From Candidatus Latescibacterota bacterium (GTDB lineage: Bacteria; Latescibacterota; UBA2968; UBA8231): a stretch of DNA of 64,000 nucleotides. Below, in pieces: positions 18,271-27,897 of this stretch. A program made the position numbers and the translations under genes. The DNA is taken from contig SLHA01000007.1 in assembly GCA_007136405.1 (NCBI GenBank), forward strand, positions 1-64,000. Direction: 5' to 3'. The notes under the pieces were generated by a model. The model was given only the letters and a program-made list of their open reading frames with translations. It did not search any database and was not told the origin of the DNA. Each line of letters begins with the position of its first letter. The first letter of the stretch is position 1.

Positions 18271-19704
18271 CTACCCCTCCCGGCTAGCGTTCCAGGTGGC
18301 CGGCCATTCGGCTCCGGCCGCGGCTGTTCCCTGCATCGTGTCGCCATCCACCGTACCGCTCATCGGATAGCGGCCGCGCAGCGTCACCCGGCTGCCGGAC
18401 ACCGTGCCGGACAGCTCCTGCTGCCCGTACTGGGTACGGTAGGTTCCCCGCACCTGCGCCCCCTCCTGCACGGCCTGTATCGTGTGCACCGCTTCCCCGG
18501 ACACGAACCGCATCCGGATACGCCAGTCCCCGGTGATATCGACCGTGGGAGGCGCCTCCGGGAGCACCGGTTCCGCGGCGACCGGAGTGGTCAACACTTC
18601 ACGCACCCGGTCGGCGACCACGGCGTCATCCCCGTCCTCCATCATGTAGGGGTTGATCTGCAGTTTGTCGCCGCGCAGGCTGACCAGCACCCGCGGCTCC
18701 CCGTCCAGCAGGTCCGCATGCGCCTGGCGGGGCGTGCGGCCCAGGGCTTCGTGGTCCCAGCCGATGTTGAGGTATGGCGTGACGTTGGCCACGCCCGGCA
18801 TCTCGTATTCGGTAGTGACGGTGGACACGTCCGCCACCGCCGCGCGCACCGTCTCCAGGTAACCTTCCCACATCTTCCATTCGGCGGCATGGTCGCGCCC
18901 GAGCAGGAAGGCCTCCACCGCGGCCAGCAGGGCCATGGCTTCCTCCTTGCCCACCTTCATGGACCGGCCCTGGCTGCCGTGCGGCGAAGCGTGCAGGTAC
19001 GCCGCCCGCAGCAGGTCCTTGCGCCCCAGGATCAGTCCCGAGGCCTGCGGGCCGCGCAGACACTTGCCGCCCGAATAGGCAACGCTGTCGGCGCCCATTT
19101 CGAGATAGCGGTTGGGCACTTCCAGACGCTGCGCTGCCGCGTCCACGAAGGTGGGCACGCCCTGCTCGCGGGCGATGGCGATCATGCGCTGCGGGGTGAT
19201 GCGACTGCGCGCCTCGGCGTCGCCGTCGATGAATACCAGGGCAGTGCGTTCACCGATGGCGGCACGCAGGTCGGTTTCCGTATCCACGGTGACCACCGTG
19301 CCGCCGGCGATCCGCATGCACTGCTCGTATCCGGACCGCAGGCATCCTTCCTGGATGATCTCGTTGCGCATACCGGTGGTGTCCGGCAGGCGCGTGATTT
19401 TCTCCGGGTCGCCGCCGGCGATGGCCGCCGCGGTGATCTGGTTGATGGCGGCGGCGCAACTGCAGGCGATATAGCCCCATTCGGCGCCGGTGATCTCCGC
19501 CAGACGCGCACCGATGGCTTCCATGAGTTCGGATATGCCGACATAGCCGTTGGTCGCCTCGACCATCGCCGCGGCCGCCACGTCGAGCATGCGCGAACCA
19601 CTCCAGACGGTGTACGTGCCGCTGGCATTGATGACCGGCCGGACACCCAGACTGGCGTAGGTGGAGGGTGTGATCCGCCCGGGAGTACTGGTGCTGGGAG
19701 ACAT
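18271..19704 (-). CDS. SelA-like PLP-dependent enzyme (L-seryl-tRNA(Sec) selenium transferase-like / DgaE-like) with ~100-aa C-terminal extension
   Basis: SelA-family PLP-lysine motif SGGKCLRGPQASG. ATG (MSPSTS) after an AAGGAG RBS. The upstream 126 codons of the track ORF are discarded. Confidence 0.7.
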   Translation of the reverse strand: MSPSTSTPGRITPSTYASLGVRPVINASGTYTVWSGSRMLDVAAAAMVEATNGYVGISELMEAIGARLAEITGAEWGYIACSCAAAINQITAAAIAGGDPEKITRLPDTTGMRNEIIQEGCLRSGYEQCMRIAGGTVVTVDTETDLRAAIGERTALVFIDGDAEARSRITPQRMIAIAREQGVPTFVDAAAQRLEVPNRYLEMGADSVAYSGGKCLRGPQASGLILGRKDLLRAAYLHASPHGSQGRSMKVGKEEAMALLAAVEAFLLGRDHAAEWKMWEGYLETVRAAVADVSTVTTEYEMPGVANVTPYLNIGWDHEALGRTPRQAHADLLDGEPRVLVSLRGDKLQINPYMMEDGDDAVVADRVREVLTTPVAAEPVLPEAPPTVDITGDWRIRMRFVSGEAVHTIQAVQEGAQVRGTYRTQYGQQELSGTVSGSRVTLRGRYPMSGTVDGDTMQGTAAAGAEWPATWNASREG

Positions 19705-19963
19705 CGTTGCTCCTTGCTGTTTCCCTGCGTGCCGCAACCGGCCCGCAGCGGTGAAAGATTCCGGACAGACCGCGGTGCGGCGCGAACAGCCGCAGCCGCA
19801 GCCTGCCGCGGCGTATGGTATCGCCGCGCCGGATTCCGGCGCGGCGCTGGTAGATTCCTGTCGACCGGGGCGCGGCACTGGCCGGTGGCGCCCGCGGGGC
19901 GAAATGGTCAGACCGCGTTCGCGGTGCAGGACCGGGGTTCTGGCCGACGCCGACTCCGGCGTT

Positions 19964-21196
19964 TCAGCGGCACACCCAGTATGCGGGTGGAGCGTCCTGC
20001 CAGCGCGGCATGGTGAGTCCGTGAGCGTCGAACATGAGCTTGCCCCCCTGGTAGGTGAGCATGGCTTCCAGCTTGCGATCACCGGTAATTTTCGCCCGTC
20101 CGCAGTCGTAGAAACCGAACTCGCCCCGGGCCATCTGCAGCACGGCGACGTCCGCCGCGGACCCCACGCTCAGCCGGCCCAACTCCGGATGATTGACTAT
20201 GCGCGCGGGTATGGTGGTGGCGCGCTCGATCACCTCATCCAGTTCCATGCCCATGTTGAGGTACTTGTTGCAGACTTCCAGGATGCTGGTCACCATGCCA
20301 TTAGCGGCGTTGCCGGTGTGCAGATCCGTGCTGATCGAATCCGGCGGGAAGCCCTGCTCCAGGGCGCGCACGGCGTGGCGGAACCAGAAGGATCCACCGC
20401 CGTGTCCCACGTCGAACAGCACACCGCGTTCGCGCGCCTGGAACAACGCCGGGTTGACCTGGCCGTCTTCCAGGATGATCGGATGCTGCTGGGCGAAAAC
20501 GTGAGTATGGATATCGCCGGGTCTCAGCTTGTGCAGGATGAGATCCTCGTACGAGCGCTCCGGGGGACGCGGCCAGAAATCCACCATGACCGGCATCTGG
20601 CACATTTCGCCAGCCTGCACGGCCCGTTCGACGCTGTCCCAGGGTGCATGCCTGTCGTCCCAGGGCTGGCGCGTCCAGTAGTGCGCGGTCTTCACCCCGA
20701 CGGCTTCCGGGAACGCCTTGCAGACGCCGGCGCACAATTCCGGCAGCATGTGGGCGCGGTCCTGCTCACCGGGACCCATGCCGTGATCGGCGATGTTGAC
20801 AAAAGACAGAATGCGGGTGCGTGCCTTGTCGATGACGCGTTCCTTGAAACGGCCGAAATCCAGCGGCCCGGCCGTACCGGCGTCCACCATGGTCGTCACA
20901 CCGGAGCGCCAGCTCTGGCCGTCGGCCACGATGCAGCCGCCGAAGTGCTCGGAAAATACGTGGCAGTGAATATGGATGTCGACCAGACCGGGGACCACAT
21001 ACATGCCGGTCACGTCGACGACCTGCTGAGCCGTATCCGCGGGTATAGCCGCATCTACGGCCGCTATCGTACCGTCGGCGATGGCCACGTCGAGCAAAGC
21101 CGAACGGCCGTTGGCCGGATCGATGCAGTGTCCGCCTTTGAGGAGGGTCTCGAAACGGGTGGACTCGCCTGAAGCAGATGCGTCCTGGGCAGCCAT
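19964..21196 (-). CDS. Metal-dependent amidohydrolase (dihydroorotase / D-aminoacylase-like fold)
   Basis: HxH metal site VDIHIHCHVF. Downstream His and Asp ligands (DVGHGGG). AAGGAG RBS before MAAQDAS. It lies directly upstream of the SelA-like gene on the same strand. Confidence 0.75.
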   Translation of the reverse strand: MAAQDASASGESTRFETLLKGGHCIDPANGRSALLDVAIADGTIAAVDAAIPADTAQQVVDVTGMYVVPGLVDIHIHCHVFSEHFGGCIVADGQSWRSGVTTMVDAGTAGPLDFGRFKERVIDKARTRILSFVNIADHGMGPGEQDRAHMLPELCAGVCKAFPEAVGVKTAHYWTRQPWDDRHAPWDSVERAVQAGEMCQMPVMVDFWPRPPERSYEDLILHKLRPGDIHTHVFAQQHPIILEDGQVNPALFQARERGVLFDVGHGGGSFWFRHAVRALEQGFPPDSISTDLHTGNAANGMVTSILEVCNKYLNMGMELDEVIERATTIPARIVNHPELGRLSVGSAADVAVLQMARGEFGFYDCGRAKITGDRKLEAMLTYQGGKLMFDAHGLTMPRWQDAPPAYWVCR

Positions 21197-21795
21197 GGAG
21201 CAACTCCTTGCGGGATGGTTGAGATCATTGAACGCTACCGAAACCGAGACTGGGAGCGAAAGAACGCTAGGATGGTGGATCCAGGCCAAACCGGCGCGGC
21301 GCGGCGCGGCAGGCGCCCGGCCGTTGCGGCGCCCCGGCCGGCGAGTTCGGCCAGCGATCGGGCCCAGATCGAACCGAGACCCGGCCGGGACCGGTGTTGT
21401 GCCGATCCCGATTCGTGGACGGGCCGGGATTTGCTGCAGGCGTTCCGGTTGTGCCACAGCCGAATACGCCGTTTCTTTGCCGTCTGGTCACCGTTGCGCG
21501 TTCGACCCGCCGTGCCGGTCATCACCGCCGGCAAGCCCGCAGCGGCACCATGGCCTACCGCCGCGGATGAATACCGGCACGCTACGGAGGCGAAAACGCC
21601 GGGTCGCAGATTGGCTACGTGGCCGGGTGCCAAAGGCCCGGCGCCGATGTCCCTTGGCAACCTCCGACGCCAAGCCCGGTGCCGAAGGTCCAGTGCCGAC
21701 GCCTGGTGCCAGGTCCAGCGTAAGCCCGGTGCCAATGTCCGGCGCCGCGAAGCGCCGGGATCCGTTTGTCCAGCGTAAACCGGAAAGGAAGACCC

Positions 21796-22935
21796 ATGCC
21801 AGCGCACGACCCACCTCACCACCCCTCGTGGCACCCCGCACCGATACCAACAAGCTGGGACGACCTGCTGACGGATGTCGCTTCGCAGGCGGACTGGGCC
21901 CGCAAGCGTCCGCTCGTGCGCGCGCGGTTCCTGGAGCTCATCCGGGATGAAGCCGCACCGCCCGCGCCGGCGGATCCGCAGGTCAGGCTGGAACGCGAGT
22001 GGGACGGCGGCGGCTTCCGCATCGAGTATATCAGTTACCAGGTGGAGAGTGACGAGCGCGCCCATGCCTATGTCGGCATCCCGCAGACGCCCGTGCCGGA
22101 TGGCGGTCTTCCCGGCGTGGTGTGCCTGCACGGCACCACGAACTGGGGGGCGCGCCGGACTCTGGGGCTGCCGCCGGAGCCGGGGGATCCCCACGCGGGC
22201 AAGGACGGCGTCCAGGGCAAGGACTACGCCCGCCAGCTGGTGCGCCGCGGCTATGTGACCATCTCGCCGGAGCATTTCTGTGCTGCGTCAAGGCTGCCGG
22301 CAGAGGGGCCGTACGATACCGCCGCCTTCTACCGCCGGCACCCGGACTGGTCCGCCGTCGGCAAATACATCCACGACAGCCGCGTGGCCTGCACGGTGCT
22401 GGCCGGCCGGCCGGAGGTGAACGGTGACCGGCTGGGCGTCACCGGACACTCCCTGGGAGGGCACGGCAGCATCTGGCTGGCGGCGTACGATGAACGCATC
22501 CGCTGCGCCGCACCCAGTTGCTCGGGACTGACCTTCCGGGAGAATCCCGAACCGCTGCACTGGTCGCGGGATTACTGGTATGTGTACTTCCCGCAGCTGC
22601 GCGAACTGTTCCTGGCCGGCGACCGGGTGCAATGCGACTTTCACGAGATGATGGCTCTGATTGCCCCGCGTCCTCTGCTGGAACGTTTTGCCCTGAACGA
22701 CGGCGACGCCACCGGTCAGGCGCACCGCGTCATGTTGCATCTCAAACTTCGTGAGTTGTACCGTCTCCTCGGCTACGAGCCCGCCCATGCATTCCTGGTC
22801 TTCGGCGACGGCCATTTCATCCCGGACCTCTCCAGCGCCGCCCTGCTGAGCTGGATGGACCGCTGGCTCAAGCATGACGGCGATCCGCTGGGGGGATGGG
22901 ACAGCAGGCTGGCACAGACCGGTGCCGCAGTCTGA
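21796..22935 (+). CDS. Alpha/beta-hydrolase (acetyl-xylan-esterase / dienelactone-hydrolase-like)
   Basis: Nucleophile elbow GHSLGGHG. GGAAAGGAAG RBS before MPAHDPP. Confidence 0.65.
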   Translation: MPAHDPPHHPSWHPAPIPTSWDDLLTDVASQADWARKRPLVRARFLELIRDEAAPPAPADPQVRLEREWDGGGFRIEYISYQVESDERAHAYVGIPQTPVPDGGLPGVVCLHGTTNWGARRTLGLPPEPGDPHAGKDGVQGKDYARQLVRRGYVTISPEHFCAASRLPAEGPYDTAAFYRRHPDWSAVGKYIHDSRVACTVLAGRPEVNGDRLGVTGHSLGGHGSIWLAAYDERIRCAAPSCSGLTFRENPEPLHWSRDYWYVYFPQLRELFLAGDRVQCDFHEMMALIAPRPLLERFALNDGDATGQAHRVMLHLKLRELYRLLGYEPAHAFLVFGDGHFIPDLSSAALLSWMDRWLKHDGDPLGGWDSRLAQTGAAV

Positions 22936-23050
22936 CCCGGCGGACGCGGCTTGACCGGCAACGCGGCCCGACTGTTGATGCAACCCGACCGGCAACATCG
23001 CCGCACGAACAGGCACGCGCCACGCCATGGGGGTGCGCCGGCGGGGGGCC

Positions 23051-24184
23051 TTACGCATCCAGTCGGTGCGCCTCCACGTACTCCCAGTCGATCTCCATGC
23101 CAAGCCCCGGTTTGTCCGGCAGGATGACGTTGCCCTCCGGATCCAGCGGATCACAAATCGCTTTCAGATAGGGCTCCGGTCTGTCGTAATCCAGGTCCGG
23201 CCGCAGGAGTCCGCGTTCGAAGTACTCGCAGGTGGTTTCCGGTGTGGCTCCCAGGATGTGGCTGTTGCACCAGCCGCCGCCGTGGATTTCACACTGGATG
23301 CCGAACGCCTGACAGAGCATGGCATGCTTGTAGCAGCCGGTGATGCCGCCGTAGTTGACGTCGATCCGGCTCATGTCCGAAGCCCCCTGCAACACCCACT
23401 CGGCGCGGCTGAAGATGCCGCCGGGTACGTGCTCGGGCGAGCACACGGCGATGTCCAGCTCGCGGCACAGGCGGCGGTACGCCTCCATGCGGGTTTCGAT
23501 CATCGGATGCTCCAGCCAGTAGAAGTCCAGTTTATCCAGTTCCCGGCCTACCTGGATCGACTGCTCCAGCGTATACACGCCGAAAGGATCCAGCATGAGC
23601 ACCATGTCCGGTCCCACGGCGTCGCGGACGGCGCGGCACACCTCGATGTCGGCTTCGGGGTAGCCGGGCAGCTGCGGTCCGGGTTCCCAGCGGTACGGAT
23701 CGAAGTGGATGTACGCGTGCACCTTGTACGCCTTGTATCCCAGGTTCTTCATGGCCACGGCGTGTTCGGCGTAGTCCTCCGGTCGGCCCATGTTGGGCCA
23801 GGTGCTGGCGTACGCCTTGACGCGGTCGCGGCAGCCACCCAGGCACTTGTGCACCGGCAGTCCGTTCATCCGGCCATACAGATCCCAGAGGAGGCAATCC
23901 ACGAAACCTGCCAGGCCTTCGGAGAAACCGGGGTGCTGGTCCATCCAGTGCCACAAGCGCTCCCGGTCCAGCGGATTGGCGCCCAACAGCAACGGCTTGA
24001 CCAGGCGTTCCATCGTACCTGGGTCGCCGCCCAGGTTGTATCCCGTCAGACCGTCGTCGGTGATGATTTTGGTGATGGCCGCCGTGGCCGGCCGCTCGTC
24101 ACCCCAGTAGTAATACCCCCAGCGGGTTGGATGCCGGCGCGTGGTGGTGCGGAAATGGATGACCTGGATATCGGCGATCTTCAT
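23051..24184 (-). CDS. Enolase-superfamily enzyme (MR/MLE family), second paralog
   Basis: AGGAGGAG RBS before MKIADIQVIHF. Capping and barrel domains typical of the family (WGYYYWG..., FYWLEHP, DVNYGGITG). Confidence 0.75.
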   Translation of the reverse strand: MKIADIQVIHFRTTTRRHPTRWGYYYWGDERPATAAITKIITDDGLTGYNLGGDPGTMERLVKPLLLGANPLDRERLWHWMDQHPGFSEGLAGFVDCLLWDLYGRMNGLPVHKCLGGCRDRVKAYASTWPNMGRPEDYAEHAVAMKNLGYKAYKVHAYIHFDPYRWEPGPQLPGYPEADIEVCRAVRDAVGPDMVLMLDPFGVYTLEQSIQVGRELDKLDFYWLEHPMIETRMEAYRRLCRELDIAVCSPEHVPGGIFSRAEWVLQGASDMSRIDVNYGGITGCYKHAMLCQAFGIQCEIHGGGWCNSHILGATPETTCEYFERGLLRPDLDYDRPEPYLKAICDPLDPEGNVILPDKPGLGMEIDWEYVEAHRLDA

Positions 24185-24367
24185 GAGACTCCTCCTGTCG
24201 ATCTCGTGGTCGAAATTGCGGTCGAGGCTGTGGTCAAAGCTGTAAACGAACCCGTCCCGGAAAAGCCACTTCCGGCGGGCCATGCGCTGTCCCTTCGATG
24301 CGCTTCGATGCGCTTCGATAATCTACACCCCGCAGCCAGGCAACGGAAAACCTGCTCTGACGGCTGG

Positions 24368-24520
24368 TCTGCCCCGAGGCGCGGCTGGCCGCTTATACCG
24401 CCGTTTCCGCGTGTGATTCAGCATGAATTCGCTCCCGAGGCGCGGCCGGGCCGCTTGCTGGCAGTTTCTGTGTGAGGCCGAGTGTGGATTCGCTCTCGAG
24501 GCGCGGCCGGACGGCCTGCC
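24368..24520. repeat. Three ~61-bp direct repeats in the divergent promoter region between enolase paralog 2 and the RraA-like gene
   Basis: Core (c/t)cCGAGGCGCGGC(t/c)GG(c/g)C repeated at 24373, 24434 and 24495. Flanking GTGTG(g)ATTC...CGCTC also repeated. Confidence 0.65.
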
Positions 24521-24706
24521 CGCAGACGACGGTTCGTTCCTGACAGTCCGGGCAGATTCGAACGCTGTCGCGGCACCGGCAGTGGAGCCCGAGCGCGACC
24601 ATTGGCCAGGATGGGTGAAAATCCGTATATAGACCACTTCGCCCTATGGAGGAATCCCGACCTCAACGTATGGCTTCGAAGTGCCAAACCCGCATCAGGA
24701 GCTCTC

Positions 24707-25474
24707 ATGACCAACGAAGATTACGGACCGGACATCACCCGCCCGTCGCGCCAACTGATCGATTCCCTGCGCCCCATCGGCGCCGCCACCGCGGCCAGCG
24801 AGCTGTCCAAGCTGGGCATCCGCGATCCGCACATCAAAGGCCTCACCAGCTACAAACCGGGCAAGACCATAGTCGGGCCGGCGCTGACTCTCCAGTTCAT
24901 GCCCAAACGCGAGGATGTGCACCCTACCGGCGAATATGCCGGTCCGAAACGGCAGAAACACCGCCATGTCCTCTACCACAGCCAGCCGGGGGACGTCGTC
25001 GTCGTCGATGCCCGCGGCGATATGGGCAGCGGGGTTTTCGGCGAGATGATGCTGACCTATTTCTTCGGACAGGGTGGCGCCGGGGTGGTCGTCGATGGCT
25101 GCATCCGGGATTTTCCCCATGCCCGGGAGCTGGACCTGGGGCTGTGGATCAAAGGCCTGACGCCCAACTTCCACGTGCAGACGAATATCTTTCCCCACGC
25201 CGTCAACGTGCCCATCGCCTGCGGTGGGGTGTACGTGGAACCGGGTGACATCATCATCGCCGATGACGATGGCGCCGTGGTCTGCCCCGTGGCCCTGGCC
25301 CCGGAGCTGGCCCGCAAAGCCGGTGAACACCACGACTGGGAGGAGTTCACGCGCATGCGCCTGCGACAGGGCGGCGACCTGCGCAAATACTATCCGCTCG
25401 ATGATGAGGCCAGGGCGGAATACGAACAGTGGGTGAAAGCCGGCAGTCCGTTGGATCAGACGGCGGGCCATTAG
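24707..25474 (+). CDS. RraA-like protein / 4-hydroxy-4-methyl-2-oxoglutarate (HMG/CHA) aldolase family
   Basis: Family-typical segments GDVVVVDARGDMGSGVFGEMM and GGAGVVVDGCIRD. Length 255 aa. Confidence 0.7.
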   Translation: MTNEDYGPDITRPSRQLIDSLRPIGAATAASELSKLGIRDPHIKGLTSYKPGKTIVGPALTLQFMPKREDVHPTGEYAGPKRQKHRHVLYHSQPGDVVVVDARGDMGSGVFGEMMLTYFFGQGGAGVVVDGCIRDFPHARELDLGLWIKGLTPNFHVQTNIFPHAVNVPIACGGVYVEPGDIIIADDDGAVVCPVALAPELARKAGEHHDWEEFTRMRLRQGGDLRKYYPLDDEARAEYEQWVKAGSPLDQTAGH

Positions 25475-25663
25475 ACGTACCGGCCGCAGGCGCAGGCATG
25501 ACGCCGGGAGCGGGCCGCCGCGGGTGCACCGGCAGATCCGCTCCGGATTGGGCACCAGGGGGTTAAGCAGCGTACCCCGGCGCACTTGCCGCCGGAGCAG
25601 GCGAAGGAGCGGGTTCCGGGGATCCGGCCTCGATCCAGCACCTGGCGAAAAAGCAGCGTAACT

Positions 25664-25760
25664 CGGGCGTGGGCCGCCGGAGTGGGCGCCGGAGCCGGGC
25701 AACCAGGTGCAACGGAAGCAGGCGCACCACCGGGCGTGGGCCGCCGGAGTGGGCGCTGCT
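25664..25760. repeat. Two copies, ~67 bp apart, of the 26-bp direct repeat CGGGCGTGGGCCGCCGGAGTGGGCGC in a convergent intergenic region
   Basis: Read directly at 25664-25689 and 25731-25756. A third degenerate copy lies near 25792. Confidence 0.55.
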
Positions 25761-25867
25761 AGCGAGCCGACGCCGACCGGCGGTGGGCCGCCGTAGCCGC
25801 CATGCCCGTGTCTGTGTCACCGATCGGGCACGGCAGCCACGGGAGCGTACACCCAGCGGGCATAGGT

Positions 25868-26521
25868 TTAGAATACCAGGTCCAGAAACTCCTCGTGCCG
25901 GTGGAAAGACCTGACGCTGAACGGCGCTACCGAGGACAGTTCCGGTTGCTCCAGGCCGCCGTTGCAGTTGTAGCGGCAGACAGCGAACTGCCAGACCACC
26001 CCCGACTCCGGCATGCCATCCACGCCGAAGGCCTGCCACGGTATGCAGATTTCCGTGGACCACTGGTTCCGGTCCTCCATCACAGCCACATGGAACTGGG
26101 CCTGACTGCGATGCGCCAGCGCCTCCTCAAAGGACGTCCGGCCCGCCATGAAGTCTTCCCGGTCGCGGATATACAGGTCCATCAGGAAGCTGTTGGGCGT
26201 CACGTGGATTTCCCAGTAGTCGCTGCGGGCGCGTCCGGGTTTGATGAAGAACTCCACCACATCGCCCAGCGTCCACATTTTCCGGTCGTCGGCGGTGGCC
26301 TGGGAGAAGATGTCGCTGTCCTGCAGACAGGTGTAGAACCAGAGTCCCGTAGCCGAACAGCCGACGTACGCCACACCGCCTTCTGCAGGCAATGCCTGGG
26401 GGCTTTCCCAGTACTGATAGAACCGGAGCGGCGTACAGGCAGCGTATTTGTCCGGCTGGGCGCCGCCGAAGTCGCCTGCCGTACCGGTTACCGGCGGGCA
26501 TGGAACACTTGCTGGATTCAT
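25868..26521 (-). CDS. CBM9-like / DOMON-like carbohydrate-binding family protein (paralog of 1008-1817, no signal peptide seen)
   Basis: Shared motifs with the first CBM9-like protein (YWEIHVTPNS, WQFAVCRYN). A terminator-like hairpin follows the gene. Confidence 0.5.
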   Translation of the reverse strand: MNPASVPCPPVTGTAGDFGGAQPDKYAACTPLRFYQYWESPQALPAEGGVAYVGCSATGLWFYTCLQDSDIFSQATADDRKMWTLGDVVEFFIKPGRARSDYWEIHVTPNSFLMDLYIRDREDFMAGRTSFEEALAHRSQAQFHVAVMEDRNQWSTEICIPWQAFGVDGMPESGVVWQFAVCRYNCNGGLEQPELSSVAPFSVRSFHRHEEFLDLVF

Positions 26522-26781
26522 AGTGTGTCATCCTTGTAACGAGTCCGCTGCGGGTGTATCTGCGCTCGCACGCTGCGTCCGCGATGGACGGGCACGGCAA
26601 CGCCCTTCCGGGTCATCGGGCTCAATCGAGCTCTCGCACCGCACGCGCTATGGACGCATGCCGACGCAGTATACGAACACCACGGCCATGCTGGCAGGGG
26701 AAGCCCGGCTCAGCCTTTGTACTTGGCTAGCGACTGATGCGCCTTGCAGGTGCGGCCGGCGTGCAGATTTTGCTCCTCGGC

Positions 26782-27852
26782 TCAACCTTTGCTCTTGGCC
26801 GGCGACTGATGCGCCGGGGGTCTCCAGGACGCGTCGTCCGGGGCCACAGTCTCCCACATGATGACGACACCCTCCCCCTCGTCGGCGATATCATTCAGCG
26901 TGTGACCGTCCCTGAGGTAAGGGCCGTTCATGTACACAAAACCGTGCATAGGCGCGATGATCCGCTCCACCTCGAGCGTGGTGAACGATACCAGCTCGCC
27001 CAGCACCGTGCCTTCATCCACCAGTTCACCCGGTTCCACCCGGGCGTAGTACAGCCCTTCCATGGGCGCCGCCAGCTCCACCCGGCGCCCGCCGGCGCGG
27101 AACGGAGGCGCCTGCGGCTCTCCAGACAGCATACCAAGCCACCGCATCACGTTGAACGCACCCTGCACGAGCTCCCGCACCGAGTCCGGCCGGGTGACCA
27201 TCTCGCCGCGCGGCTCGACCGTGATGGCGGGAATGCTGAGATCCCGCGCACAGCACACGCGGACATCGACCCCGGGTTTGAGGAAGGTTTTGGGCTGGTC
27301 TCCCTTGCCACCGACCATCTCGATACACGGCAGACCGAAGACGCGGGCCAATTCGATGGCGATGTCGTATTCCGGCTCTCCCATCCAGATGGCCGAAGCG
27401 TAGCGAGCGTTGATACCGTGATAATCGAGGACCGCGTCCGCATGCCGTACCAGATTGTCGAACAGCGCGTGGACGATTCGTTGTACATTCTCGCCCTGCG
27501 GATCACCCGGCCAGGCCCGGTTGGCATTGGGTTCACCCTCCGGCAGGTACGATCTGGAGCGGATGGCCAGGGGATTCGCCACCGGCACCGCGACCAGCGT
27601 ACCGCTGAGTGCAGTCGGCTCTGTCGCAGCGACGATGTCCAGAATGGCCTTGATGCCGTTCAGCTCGGTTCCATGCTGGGAGGCGTGCAGGTACAGCGTG
27701 GGGCCGGAAGTCGCACCCCGGACGACATAGCCCGGAAGCGGCAGCACTGTCCCATCCTTCTGTTCGACCGGCAGACTGAAGCGTGTACAACTTGCCGGTT
27801 CGAAGTCAGTCCACAGGGGTTCCGGGGATGGTTCGGCAGTCCTGCTGGTCAT
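26782..27852 (-). CDS. Succinylglutamate desuccinylase / aspartoacylase (AstE/AspA) family deacylase
   Basis: Zn-ligand pattern of the AstE/AspA-M14 fold (HASQHGTELNG ... DYHG). Confidence 0.65.
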   Translation of the reverse strand: MTSRTAEPSPEPLWTDFEPASCTRFSLPVEQKDGTVLPLPGYVVRGATSGPTLYLHASQHGTELNGIKAILDIVAATEPTALSGTLVAVPVANPLAIRSRSYLPEGEPNANRAWPGDPQGENVQRIVHALFDNLVRHADAVLDYHGINARYASAIWMGEPEYDIAIELARVFGLPCIEMVGGKGDQPKTFLKPGVDVRVCCARDLSIPAITVEPRGEMVTRPDSVRELVQGAFNVMRWLGMLSGEPQAPPFRAGGRRVELAAPMEGLYYARVEPGELVDEGTVLGELVSFTTLEVERIIAPMHGFVYMNGPYLRDGHTLNDIADEGEGVVIMWETVAPDDASWRPPAHQSPAKSKG

Positions 27853-27897
27853 GGTGACATCCTTTCATCAGCGAGTACGAACGCGTGCACATCATCC

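Noticed and set aside
19661-21172. 503-aa plus-strand ORF
   Set aside because: Antisense to the amidohydrolase gene. Translation dominated by Arg/Gly/His/Val runs.
23027-24475. 482-aa plus-strand ORF
   Set aside because: Antisense to enolase paralog 2.
24423-24632. 69-aa ORF inside the 61-bp repeat region
   Set aside because: Its sequence is the translation of the direct repeats themselves. No RBS. Interpreted as regulatory DNA.
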